A stretch of DNA of 64,000 bases from Lama guanicoe (taxonomy: Eukaryota). The stretch lies in assembly GCA_013239625.1 (NCBI GenBank), contig MU054308.1, positions 231,356 to 295,355 on the forward strand, written 5' to 3'. A model generated the notes under the pieces. That model had not been told where the DNA came from. It saw nothing but the letters and a program-made list of their open reading frames with translations, and did no database searches. Every line of letters starts with the position of its first letter. Position 1 is the stretch's first letter. The translations under genes were made by a program, and so were the position numbers. Positions 11,569-24,105 of this stretch are shown here, piece after piece.

Positions 11569-14500
11569 AAAAGCATAAATTGGACATCACCCATCCCATC
11601 AAAACTCACTAAAAGGGTCACCATTTCATTAGGAGCCAAAGCCGTCCCAAATTCTTCCAGGACTCGGCGTGCTCTGCCTCTCCGCCCACACTCTCCCCCT
11701 CACTCTGGGGGCCTCTGGCTCCGGCTCTTTCTTCTTCCTCCGGATCTATGCTGCTTCAAGTTCATTGCTCCGTGAGATCTGCCAGGATTGCCTTATTGTC
11801 TCCTGCCTGCCTCGCACCCCACCACCATCACCTGAGTTTGCTTATATCACTCTTATATTTCCCCAAGCTCTTGCTACCCCAACATGCTGCCTGTTTCCTC
11901 TGCTAAAATTCTGAGCCCCCAGTGATGGGGAGTCATGTCTATTTTGTTGACTGATAAAGCCCGAGAGCCTTGGGAACGGTCTAGTTAGGAGATTTCCCAT
12001 ATGTAGTAGGAGCTTATACAGATTTGCTGAATGAATGCAGAGCTCCTGGTCCAATCCAATGGAGCACTTCTGTGTCCTGCTCAAAGAATAATTCTCCTTT
12101 CCTCCTGAGAGCGGGTGACCACTTTCTTGGTGATCAAAGGCAAGATCTATTTTCTTTATGCTGTTAACCTTAGGCGGGGAGAGTGGGGGATCTAGAGTTA
12201 TATTTTAAAATTTGATTCACTCTGCAGTTTGTCTTCTGTCTATGTATCCTTTTGAGAAACCGTTTATGAGTGATCATTCTTCCATCAGATTGAACAGGAT
12301 CCAGGGGGAAGGACCAAGCCTGTCCCATCGGCCATCCTGTGTGTCATGTCCTGTGACCCAGTGGATGCTAAGCATTTAAGTGAACCGACAGGAGTGAGTG
12401 AAGAGATGGGAGCATCTCATTATTGTGGTGGCTACACTCTGTCCGATGCCTTGAGATTTGGTGGTTTACAAGTGCGGAGGGAGAGGTCAGGTTCTCTGTG
12501 CTCTTCCTGAGTGTCCTGGCCTTACCCGTTCCCCCAGCCCCCTCTGGGCAGCCAAGCCAAGGAGCTGGGCCACCGGCTATTGTGCTGATCAATAATCCAC
12601 CTCACCCAAAGTCTGGGGGTAGCAGCGGCCAGCACAACTGTTTGTAGACTCTGAAGTCAGGTCCTTGGAGGAATTCCTCACTGAAAGATGTATTGGAACA
12701 TTTACTTTTCTCTATAGCCTCCAGCAGAAGAAACAGATTGCCTTAGATACATGAAAGATGAGAACACCAACTGTCCCCATGGAGCCCAGGTGGGGCTGGG
12801 AGTCTGCTGTTTGTACAACCAGTGGGCTCGTGTTGCTTATGGCATCCCTGTGCCTGAATTCCTGCAGTACACTCGGTGGTAAGAACGGGGGTGCCTGGCA
12901 GGGAGGGAAGCGTGTCGGGAGTTTCGCAGCTGGGGAGACATTAACCTAGGGTGAGTGGGAGCCGGCTGATGTATGGAAGCTTGGTGCAGGGAACTCTCCA
13001 CACTCAGAGAGGTTCCCACTCCCGCAGGGTCCCTTTGATCAGGGTGCTGGACTGTCAGCAAAGCAGGGTCCCTGTGAGGATCATGGTGCCTTCAGGCAGT
13101 GGGAAGTCAGAGGTCCAGTGGCACTTAAATTAACTGTGCACCCGAAGCCAACCCCTGTCTCTTTCAGCCTGTTTTCTAATCTGCAAACCTGGAATGATGT
13201 TAACAATCCAGCAGGTTCGTTGATGGGCTGGGACACACTAGACAGACAGGAGCTGGAATTCCTCGTTCCCATGATTGTTTTCCTTCCTTCCCACTATTTG
13301 CTCGCACAAGCTCAGTCTCTCTGTCTCTCTCTCATTCACTTGTAACTTTCTCTCCTGCTCTGGTTTCATTTGATTCCCACCCTCCTCCTAATCCCCAGAT
13401 GAGTGAAATTAATTTCTTTGTGTCAGTTTCAAATTCCAGGGAAAGATGCTCTGTCCCTTCTGGGTTGGTTGTCCAACCCATCAGTTGTAGTCAGAGGAGT
13501 AAGTCCCTTTGTGACCAGTGGAGGTGCTCTGCCTAGCTCCCCAGCCACCACTGTGGGAGCACATAGCTCCCTGAGGAGGAGGTACTGGCTTTGACTTGGT
13601 GTCACTAAGTGTGAATTTATGTCTCCTTTTGCCCCAACTTCATCTTCCTAAATAAAGATGAAAATTAAAGACTCCCGAGATTTGTGTCATGGAACACTCA
13701 GGATGGGGGATAAAAGGGCTGGAATCCATGCTAAGTGTAAGGGGCTACAGTGACTCCCCAACGAGAGCCTGTAAAGGGAACAGCACCGGCCCCACCGGAC
13801 ACTTAAGGCACTGAGTCTGCGTGACATTGAGCCAGGCTTCTGACGACAGCTCAGGGGTCTGGTCCGACCGGTTACTCTTTGAAACCAACCAGCTTTGGAT
13901 TCCTCAATCCCTCCCTGAGGTTTTACCTGAACCACCGGCTTCTGTATCTCTGAAGACAGATGATGAGGACCCTTCATGTAAGGCATTTGCACAGCCCTGT
14001 GCGGGAATTTGTGCTGCACGGTCTGCCCGGTGAGCTGACCGTAGTTGGTGTTTTACTGATCTTAGAAATAGTCTGGTTTCCTAATGCACTATTTCACTGA
14101 ACAAGCAACAGAAGCCACCTCTGGCTGATAAAAGCAAAAAAGGGACTTAATGAAAAGATGCTGGGAGGGTGCATGGAGTGGCCCGGACCAGAGCTGACCC
14201 GGGGGCCGTAGGAGATATTTGGGAGCCCCAGGCACCAGGCTGGGCGGGGTGCTACCGGGCCCCCTGCCACCCCAGAAGGGACCCCCCCTGCACCCGACCC
14301 TGCACCTCACTCACTGCAGGTTCACATCCTGGCAGGGCCAGGTCACACTGAAGCCACCAACACACACCTCAGTGGGTGAGTTGGCCCCGTCTCAGCTGAG
14401 GGCGTGCCCGGTGTGGGGAGATGCCCAGTTAGAGGAACACGGTTCCCCTACTGTTCCGAGTTAAGGTGCAAGTCAGTGCCCATCACTCAGGAGAGCCAGG

Positions 14501-14849
14501 CTGGATGGACCTCATTGTGGTGACTAGGCCGTCTGAGTTCACTTACTACTTTCTATGTTTGAAGGCCCTGGAGGGAGAAAAAGTGATGGTTCTAGTACTT
14601 ATTTTGTGTTTTCCATGTACCAGGTGCGGTAAGCAAGCCACTTCAGACAAGGCCCAGAGCAACCACGTTAATAGGCCACGGAGCAAGTCGTGCAGGCATG
14701 CCTCTGTGGTCCCGAAACCCGTGTCCCCATTGGCTTCGTAGTTACCAGTGGAAACTGGGGGGATTTATGGGACTGTGTGCTCCTGTAGGGGCTGGGATGT
14801 GTGTGTTTAAATCCACATCTTCAGAAACTCGGCTAGAACAACAGCCACT

Positions 14850-15735
14850 GATTACACGGAGGCAGAGGAGGGGAGGCTTTCAGCCTCTGGCCCAGCTCGT
14901 GTGGAGCTCAGAAATTACTCCTTCTGTCCTGAAAACAACACCAGAGCTGAGGGAGCTGCAATCCCACTGCGCTTCTTAGATCCCAGAAAACTGAGGGGAA
15001 AAGCTGCTCCCAAACCAGAGAGGCAGCCGGGCAGGCTTGGAGAGTCACAGCTCCCAGGGCAGGACCCGCTTTTGTAAGAACCCCAGGGGCAGGCAGATTT
15101 AACAGGTCCCTGAGGCCAGCGGGAGGCTCAGCGTGGGGAAGTCCAAGTGTGACAACTCCAGGGGGCCAGTAAGAGGGGCCCCATGCTCTTTTTCATGCAT
15201 TTTACCTCCAGGACCGTGTCCTGTTCTCAGGATGAAGGTCAGAGGATAACTCCTCATGCTTCCTGCCTGGAAAGGAGAAAATAACTCTATTGAAATACAC
15301 CCAGAACATTCTGTTTCATTGGGGGAAGTTGTTTTTTGTCTGTTTGTTTTTTTAATGAGAAATAGTTTTACCAGAGCCTAACCAACCTGGGGGAAGGGAA
15401 ATACCTTCTGTGTCACCCAAATTGGGCTGGGGGAAAGAGACACACTTGTGGAGGTCACAGCTCAGGGCAGAGGCTCAATGAGAACTAATCACAGGACTAC
15501 AGATGCCCTGATCTGTCCCGCTCCCCCAACACCTTACCTCCATGACAGTTGGGCCCCTGTGTAATAACAGGAATAAAACTAAAAGAAGTAAATGTCTCAG
15601 GAGTGTCTAGGGAAAACCCCAAGACAGCGGGGAGATGAAAACAAGGACACACAGGTGGCTTTAGCCTCTCGCACCAATAACTGTAGCAAACTACACACAG
15701 CCCAGCCCCAGTAGATAAACAGAAAACTTCACAGA
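14850..15735 (+). mobile_element. Old L1 5' region remnant
   Basis: Resembles L1M/L1MC 5' sequence ('ggaaaaccccaagacagcggggagatgaaaacaaggacac...'). Confidence 0.45.
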
Positions 15736-16434
15736 AGAAACTATTTTGGTTCTCTTACCCAGTGCATTCCATGGTGCATCCTCGCCTAGAATTGAGTGGA
15801 AGCAAGTCCATCTCAGAAGGGACATAACTGAAGAGGGATGGCTTTCCAGACTCTGAAGGGCAGAGAGAGCACCAGCCTGGGTGAGAGCACGATGAGGGGT
15901 GGGGCAGGGGGTGGGCTGCCTTCTTCCCCAAATAAGGAACCTTCCTGAGGCCAGCACAGGAGGGAGGGCCGTGGCGTGGAATCAGGCAGACTTCTTCCTG
16001 GGAACGGATGGGATGCCTCAAAGGGGCCATTTAGGTGCCCAAACTGGGCCCTGAGGATGGGAGCCAGTCGGTCTGACTCAGAGCCCAAGACTGAGGTGGG
16101 CGCACAGCAGGCCAGTCTTACTTGGCCCGATCCATTTCACTTCTCCGAAGCCCTGTGTAAAACATGAAGCATGGACGGCCTGGTGAGCACAGCTCTGCCC
16201 TCAAGACCGGTTTCAACTCCTCTCTTCCCAGAGAACAGCATCTCTGAGCCCGTCCTGGGTGACCTCACAGAGATCACCCTAGTGGCCCAGGCTAATGACC
16301 GGGAACATGTACCTTCCTGCAGCCAACCCCAGACGTCCACGGATGCATCATATACTGGAAAAGATGTGAATCCCTTTGCATTGGTCTAACAGCAGAGACT
16401 CTGCCACAGGCCCAAGAGGTGGTTTGTGGGACAT

Positions 16435-16615
16435 ACAGGGGTGCAGGAGTATAGGCAGTGCAAAAGTGTAACTGGTGACAGGGATTCAGGGGCTGTGGAG
16501 GGCGCAGGCAGTTCAGAGGATGCAGGGGTGAAGGGGTGCAGAAGTGCAGGCAGTGCAGAAGTGCAGAGAGTGACAGGGGTGCAGAGGTGCAGAGAGTGTA
16601 GGGATGCAGGGAGGT
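16435..16615. repeat. Degenerate 8-bp tandem repeat (RGTGCAGR)n
   Basis: Repeated ggtgcaga/agtgcagg/gatgcagg units. Confidence 0.8.
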
Positions 16616-16689
16616 GCTCAGGCACGTGGCCAGGATTAGAAGGCAAGTGCACATCCTCGCAGTCAGCCTGACCCCGGGAGGCTAGTGCA

Positions 16690-18850
16690 ATGGTTTGGGG
16701 CGGCGGAGGCGGCAGCGGTGACGGCGGCGGGTGGGAGGCTTCCCTGGGCAAGCCGGTCGATTTCTTCTCTTCCCTGCAGCCTGGCCTGGGGGTCCTTGGC
16801 CGCCGGAGATTCGCCAGATTTTGGACTCCAGGTAAGCTTGCTCCTGGGAGGTGGGGCGGTTAGGTCAGGGGGCGGCGGCAGCGGCAGAGGGGCGGAGCGG
16901 GGCTGCCCCTGGCGAACTGGTGGAATAGCTGCCTTTTCCCGGCTGCCGGGCCTGGGAGCGGCCTCTGCTTCCCCAGGTCGCCGGACACGCCTGCCCCCTC
17001 AGCTTGCTGAGTGGGGAGCGGAGGCGGTGTCGTTAAGCTGCGGGGCCCACGGGGGGAGGGGGGCTGCCACGGGGAAGCCGGTCAATTCGCCCCGCTCTTC
17101 CCCGCGGCGGAGCCTGGGAGCGGCCTCCGCTGCCCTAGAGGCGGGACGCCGGTCTCCAGGTGAGCTTGCTCCTGGGAGGCGGCGGCGGCGGCAGCAGGGG
17201 GATGGGGGCCGTTCCAGGGAGCTGCTCCATTTCTTCTCTCCCCCGCGGCCTGGCCTGGGGGCGACCTCTGCCGCCGGAGATTTGCCTGAGGTCCGACTAC
17301 CCGCGCGGCCTGGCCTGGGGAAGACCTCTGCCGCCGGAGATTTGCCTGAGGTCCTACTCGAGGTGAGCTTGCACCTGGGAGATGGGTGTGGTGCAGTCAG
17401 GGGGCTGGTAAGTTGGTGGCTGAGGGGATAGGGAGGCTGCCCCGGGGGAGCTTGTGAATTATCTCCCATGTATGTGCCGCGTGGCCTGCAGGCGGCCTCT
17501 GCTGCGCCAGGTCCCGGGACACCCCTGTACCACTTTGCCTGCTGGGGGCGGGAGGCAGGGTAGTCAGGGTGCAGGGTTGGCGAGGGTCGGGGGCCTGCAG
17601 CGGGGGAGCGGACCCATTTGCTCCCATCTTCCCCGGCTTGTCCTGGGGGCGGTCTCTCTTGCCCTGGGTTACGGGACACGTGTATCCTAGTCGGCCTGAC
17701 TCCGGGAGGCGGGCGTGTTACATTGGGGGTGGTGGCAACAGCGGCAGGTTTTCACATGGAGCCTGTCCATTTGCTCCCATTTCCCCTCAATGGTTTGCCC
17801 TGGGGTCGGTCCCTGTTGTCCCTAGTTCGCCGGACGTCCATCTCCAGGTCAGCCTGCTCCCTAGAGGAGGCCATTGTGAGGTCAGGGGGCAAGTGTGGTG
17901 GCTGCTGAGGGGGTAGGAGGCTGCCTTGGGGAGCTAGTGGATTGGCTCCCGTCTCCCCGATGGCCTGGTGTGAGAGTGGCCTCTCCTGCCCCAGATCACC
18001 AGACAAACCTATCCCATTCAGCCTGCTAGGGGAGGGGCGCCCTGGGCGGAGCCTTTAAGGTGCGGGGGTGGCGACGGCGGGCGTAGAGGACCTACAGCGC
18101 GGAGCCTGTCAATTTGCTCTCCTCTTCCCCGCTGCCAATCCTGGGGGCGTCCTCTGCTGCCTAAGAAGCCGGATGCCCGTCTCCAGGTCAGCTTGCTCCT
18201 GGAAGGCGGGTGCGATGCTGTCGAGGGGCAGAGGCAGCTGTGACGGCCGGCTGCCCCGCCTAATGGGGTCACTTCTTCTCCTCTCCCCTGACCTGGCCTG
18301 GGGACAGCCTCTTCCGCCCAAGATTCGCCTGACACCCCACACCCGGTCAGGTTGCTCCTGGGAGGTGGGCGTGGTGTGATCAGGGATTGGAGAGGAGAGG
18401 CGGGCTGCCCCTGGCGAGCTGGAGGATAAGCTCCCATCTCTCTGGAGGCCTGACGTGGGGGCGGCCTCTGCTGCCTCTCTTTCCCAGGTCACAATTCTCA
18501 GGGTCATATTGCCCCGCGATTGCGTTAAGGTGAGGGGGCGGCGGGGTGATGGCGAGAGTATGGAGCCTGCCACTTGGGAGCTAGTGGTTTAGCTCTCATC
18601 TCCCCAGCAGCTTGGCCTGGGGGCAGCCTCTGTTGCCCCAGGTCACAAAGCACAGTTTCTCTGACAGCTTAGCCACCTGAGGTGAGCAGGATGTGCTGAG
18701 GGGGCGGAGGCAGCAGCCAAGGCAGCGACGGAGGGGGCTGTCCCAGGCCAGCTGGTCTATTTGTTCCCATCCCTACCTTTGCTTCCCTAGTTTCGCAGGA
18801 CGTCCTTCTCCAGTTAATCCTTCCCCTGGGAGGTGGGCGCAGTGCATGCA
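16690..18850 (+). repeat. CpG island built from degenerate tandem units, each with a splice-donor-like motif
   Basis: Recurrent 'gcctggcctgggggcggcctctgc' and 'ccaggt(g/a/c)agcttgctcctgggagg' (~16830, 17157, 17361, 17844, 18183, 18347, weaker 18680, 18810); near-identical 60-bp-period duplication 17241-17354. Confidence 0.85.
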
Positions 18851-19139
18851 GCCCAAGGTCTGGGCTCCCCCCTGGGGAGTGGAAGAACTCTCTTGTTCTC
18901 CTTTGTCTTTATTCTTCAGCGAAGGGGTTACTTGACCCAATTCTTAATCCTGAGAAAGTGTAGCCTGTGTTACGGAAGAGCTGCTGGACAGTGTGGTTTC
19001 TAGGTGGGTTTTCACATCATCTGATGCCCAAGGCAGGTAGGAAAGCTATTACTCAGAGCTTCTTAGTGTGGAGTTGGGGGATGGCCCAGCTGCCCTCACC
19101 ATACTTTTTAAAAATGTGTTACTCCCTTCTTTTTCCTAG

Positions 19140-19252
19140 GTGACATTTTAGGTTTTTGGGTCATAGATTACTGGCACACTCATCCCTGTTCTCAAACATC
19201 TTTTAAACTTAGGTGAAGTGATACATAGGGGAAGAAGATGATTTATTGAAAG
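19140..19252 (+). ncRNA. Candidate non-coding internal exon (113 nt)
   Basis: Strong acceptor ctcccttctttttcctag| and donor AAG|gtaaga; no recognisable coding content. Confidence 0.4.
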
Positions 19253-20666
19253 GTAAGAATACTTAAATTTGCATTAAAGCTACATTCTGTCAATCTTTCT
19301 CAAATGATTTTTCTCAGATTCAAAATCCACGACCTAGTGAATATTGTACTCCTGTGTAAATCATTGATCTTCACACCACATTTGTTAAATGGTCAATGAG
19401 ATTTGTTAAGTAATTATTCCTGAAAGAAAAAGCTCAGGCTTTTGAGAATTCCTTTTCTGATGTCACCCAGACAGTCACAGTAGAAGACAGAGCTGATATA
19501 AAAATCCCTCAGCTGCCTGAACTGCAAAGCTTATGGGATTACCGATCCCTGAAATGCAGGTGACTCTTGATGATATTCTGGGGGATGGTTTACATGATCA
19601 GATTCTTCCAGTCCTGTAAATGTGTTCCGTGGCCCCAGCCCCGGGAGAACTGGTCATAAGGGCCATATCGTGGGGGGTGGGATGGGAAGGCAGGGTGTAA
19701 GAGCTGGAATCACTGAGATTCCACACTTGCTAAATCACTGTGAGATTCCACACAGACTCCAGAGCCTAATTGTTGTCAGGTTCTGTTCTGGATTTGAGAG
19801 TGTGTTCAGGCATGAGTCTTGCCCTTCAGGAGTCACTGCCTGGGTGGAAATAACCTTTACACAAATCTGGGAAGGATGGCAATTAAGTAGATGGGCTGTT
19901 ATGGTTCTCAGTGTGCCCAGGCTCGCTCTTCCAGGCACTCGTGGGACTAACGAGAGTCATGTTATTCACTCATTCACTGATTTATTACCCTTGAATTGAT
20001 CACTCGTCCCACAGTAAGTGAAACAAGGGATCTGGAACCTGAGCTTTGTCCCCTCTCCTATCACTGATTGTATCTGTCAGTCAGGCACCCTGCGTATGCA
20101 TTGTGAAATGGTGGTATTTCTTGCCCAATGGGGCAGCACTGTCATTTCTGAGAAACAGAGGAGTCTCGTGGGTAGGACAGCACCCTGACACACATGACAC
20201 ACCCCACTCCCCGTGAGACAGCATTGTCGATGCTCAGGTGACCCGATGTAGACGGCGGTGTTAAACCTGAGCGTGTTTAGTGATCTTGGCGGCTCTGAAA
20301 ATACAGACTACTGGCCCCTACATCTGGAGACTCTGAGTGTCTGTACCCCAGAATTCTGCATTTTAAGAAGCACATTAACTAATTCTGATGAAGATGATCT
20401 GAGTGTCCCATTGAGAAACAGTGTTGTGCCATACAGCAATATTGAGGATTCTCAGGGAACGATGTCTTTTCAGGATGGTCCAAGGGCCCTCACTTGAGAC
20501 TTTGCCTTGGGTTTAATTGTATGTGTTCAGAAGTGATGTCTCTCACTTCCAGTGCTTGTAAGCATGCTCTGTGCAGGGACTTGCACTCAGTAGATGGCAA
20601 AAACTATGATTCTTCAGGTCACCGAGCTAGAGTGTTAGCGATCTTTTATTTTGGTTTTCTTTATAG

Positions 20667-21054
20667 CAATGCAGAGTCTCCTGAGAAGAGATACAGACTG
20701 AAAAGCTTTGTGTTAGACTTTGGAAGACCGCTGGTGCCTAAGGTGTTCTCTGGCAGCGCAATGACGAATCTAAGTCCCTCTTTCACTGCTACGTCAATGA
20801 AGTGGACCACTTGGACAAGGCCAAACCTGGTATCTCAACCATTGCCCTTGACAGTGATATTCGGCTCCAGGAAGCCATCAGATGCAGCAGTTGGCCACAG
20901 GAGGAGACGAACAGGCTCATGAAATGTGATCCCCAATTTCATCAACACGGACCAGAACTCTTCCTTTGGGGAAGATGATCTCCTGATTTTGGAACCACTG
21001 ATTGTTCTCGAAGATAAGCCAGTTGCTCAGACCTCACACAAAGACTTGAATTGA
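20667..21054 (+). pseudogene. MRAP2: MRAP2 unprocessed pseudogene, terminal coding exon
   Basis: After acceptor ttttctttatag|: NAESPEKRYRLKSFVLDFGRPLVP-KVFS/QRNDESKSLFHCYVNEVDHLDKAKPGISTIALDSDIRLQEAIRCSSWPQEETNRLMKCD/PNFINTDQNSSFGEDDLLILEPLIVLEDKPVAQTSHKDLN* versus recalled human MRAP2 C-terminus; frameshifts at ~20752 and ~20930; upstream exons not found. Confidence 0.93.
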
Positions 21055-22857
21055 GAAACGTGCTTTGTCAAGTGTCTTTCTGAAGATGTGAAGTCTGTCC
21101 TTGTATGGAAGGAATTACCCTTTCACAAAATTGTGTGTGTTTGTGTCTGAGAGAGAGAAATGGAGACAGACAGAAAGACGGAGACAGAAGAGAGCCCCCT
21201 CAGAAGAGAGCTAGTTAAGGTGAGTTTTATGCCTTTAAAAACATTTGGGGTTTTGGGGGGAACAAAGTATTTACACTGTCTCATTCTCCTAGTTGGAAAC
21301 CTTGGCCCAATACTCAGTGTCAGCGACCTTGAACGGGGGCTGGCACGGTGGGTTTCATCTGGCGCTGCCACTTCCAAAGCACGTTGCTTTGCCTTTCAGG
21401 GCTGCCATCCTTTTAACTGTAAGGAGAGGGGTCTGGAGTAGGTGATCCATCCCAGCTCTGCTGCTTTGCAAATTTCTGATTTCGTATTCAGATGAAGCTG
21501 GGATACACCCAGAGCAGTATAAACCAGGCCCTATCTCCTGCCTATTGCTGGGGCATCCCTCAGGTCTGTGCCTTCTACTCAACCCTTTACTGAGCCCAGC
21601 TTTTGTCAGGAGCCCAAGTGCCTACCGAGATGGCAGGGGACGTCTCTTGTGGTCACGGTGGCCATCATTTCTATTGGTTGTGCTGAAGCAGCTCTTCTGA
21701 GATCCCCCGGCCACTCTTGCTCAAACCTGAGGACAACCCTGTCGTTTCTTTCCTAGTAGGAGGATCAATGCATGGTGCATTTTATGACCATTCTATCCCC
21801 AGGAATGCACGGATGGTTATCAGCTGAGTGAGGGGAGGTGCCTCCATGTCCCTGTGTCCCTGTATATCTTTCTGCTCACAGTGCCCTGCCACCAGCTACT
21901 GAGCAAGAAAAGTGTTATTCACCATGATGTGTGTTTTGCAGATGTATAGGTGATGGTCGTGTGGCTCATGTGTGGGCTTTGAGCTGGGATGTTGAAGGGC
22001 TTATAAATACCTCATCAACATGTATTCGAGGTGGCCTGGTGCCACACAGACTTGATTCATGAAAGCATCAAGCCTGCACACTGGTTTGGAAACAACTTGG
22101 TTTTGATCATTCACACTGCGTGCATGACTCGCTGCTAATCTCTGGGTGGTTTTTTCATTTTAGATTTATTCACCCAGTGTCTTGCTTAAGCTGAAAAATA
22201 CTTTTATTTCACCAGAATATTCTCTGATTCTTTGTTTTCACACATCCAGTTTTTTAATTCCTTTAAAAATTGTTCTGTGTTTATAATGCTTCTTTATTTC
22301 TATCATCTCTAGGTTCCCAATGGCCTGAGCTGTGCACCAAATTTTATGTAGGAACTGTACCACCCAAAGAAATCCCCTTGCCATAATATCTTTTGAGGAA
22401 AATATTATTCTTTAAGACTCTAACACTAAATTGTAGAACAAAGCATGGAATATTTCTTGTGGTTAATTCATGTTCATGCAAAAAGAAACTTGATATTTTC
22501 ATTGAAGAATGTTGATTTTAATAACTTTTACTAATGTGAATATTATTATTCGTAATTTAAGTAACAAAATAAAACCACAGTTATTTATTATTAAGATTGA
22601 AAACTATTTACACAGTCTCTCAATTAGAAGACTGAAGTGTATTTAAAAGATGGAAAAATACCCATGATGACACCATCTTTTTTATTAACTAAATATCAAG
22701 AACAGTGCAGGGTTAAGATTTGACCACATGCAAGCTGCCAAGTTAGCATGAGGTAGTTTGTGGATGCTGCCAGAAGACAGGACACTCCCCCAGGATCAGA
22801 GACAAAGGACTTCCTGCCAGCAGAGCAGGCAGCCTATGGTTCATGTTCATGTTGGTT

Positions 22858-23310
22858 CCTGAGTTCCTTTCCTATTGCTGTTGTAACAAAGGACCACAGA
22901 CTCAGTGGCTTAAAGTAACATACACCCATTGTCTCAATGTTCTAGGGTGCAGAAGTGCAAAGTCAATGTCAGTGGGCTAAAACCAACGTGCGGCCAAGGC
23001 TACGTTCCATACCGAGGCTCTTGGGAGGGAGTCATCTTCCTACCTTTCCCAGCTTGCAGAGGGGCTCACACTCCTTGGTCCAGGGCCCTGTGTCACTGTG
23101 ACTTCTGCTGCCACTTCACATCTCTGTCTCTGACCAATCTGCCTCTCTCCTCTAAGGACCTCCGTGATGATGTTTGCTTTCCCACAGTGATCTACCATCC
23201 CAAGGACCTTGACAGTCACACATGTAGAGTCCCTTTTGCCATGCACAGTGACATATTCCCAGGTTCTAGGGATCAGACCGTGGACATATTGGAGGCCATT
23301 ATTCTACCAA
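22858..23310 (-). mobile_element. MLT1 (MaLR) LTR
   Basis: 'ttcctattgctgttgtaacaaaggaccacagactcagtggcttaaa...ggaggccattattctacca' is a reverse MLT1. Confidence 0.8.
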
Positions 23311-23721
23311 GTTCTTCCCTTTGGCCTCCCTGGTTCTTGTCCATCCCACATGCAAAATGCATCCACCTCATCCCAACACCCTCCAGAGTCTCATTTACTA
23401 CACCATCAACTCAAAGTCCAACATGTAGTCTAACTGTTGTCGGCTCAAAAGCCTAAATATTTTCATCCTCATCACCTAAGTCAGGCATGATTGAGACCCT
23501 GGGTGTGATGTTCTCTGCTCAAAATCCTGCAATGTCTTCTCATTTCACTCACTGAAGAAGCGAGAGTCCTTATGGTGACCTTACAGCTTTCCTCCCCCTC
23601 CCCAAGCTGAGCTCATCTCCGGTATTCTCCCTGGCTCACTCCGCTCCAGCCACACTGGCGTCCCTGCTGGCCCTTGGGGACATCAGACATGCATCCACCG
23701 GCCTCTTGCCCTGGCCGGTTT

Positions 23722-24105
23722 CTGTCCAACTCATATGCTGAAGTCCTAACCACTAGGACTAGAGAACATGACCCCATTTGGTAATAGGGTTGTTGCAGAT
23801 GTCATTGGTTAAGAAGAGGTCATTAAGGTGGGCCCTAATCCAGTATGACTTGTGTCCTGATAAAAAGGGGCAATGTGGACACAGAGACACGTGTACATGG
23901 GAGATGACGTGATGAGATGTGGAGAGAAGATGGTCATCTGCAAGCTAAGGAAAGAGGCCTGGACCAGCCTCTCCCTCCCAGCCCTCAGGAGGAACCAGCC
24001 CTGCTGACAGCCTGCCTGCAGAATCCCCGCCCCCAGGGCTGTGAGACAGTGAGCCTCTGTGGTTCCCGTCACCCAGTGTGCGGTGCTGTGTTAGAGGAAA
24101 CTCAG
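23722..24105 (+). mobile_element. MLT1B/C-like LTR inserted in an L2 fragment
   Basis: 'catatgctgaagtcctaacc...ggtgggccctaatccagtatgact...'. Confidence 0.85.

Larger units (their letters stand above)
9560..12035 (+). mobile_element. L2 LINE, interrupted by a retrocopy (10425-11048) and a SINE (11454-11568)
   Basis: ~10180-10270 reads HVVKYSGQILVFIIRGPLAAFDPAVPSLL, like L2 RT HVAKSNGQFSVLILLDLSAAFDTVDHSLL; 3' end tttgctgaatgaatg at ~12022-12036. Confidence 0.8.

Noticed and set aside
17241..17354. CRISPR-like direct repeats
   Set aside because: Mammalian DNA, only two copies, no unique spacers or cas genes.
16685..17679. ORFs of 248 and 226 aa with repeated peptides
   Set aside because: By-products of the GC-rich tandem array on both strands.
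20494..20922. 142-aa ORF as a functional gene
   Set aside because: Chimera of intron sequence, a short MRAP2 stretch and an out-of-frame tail.
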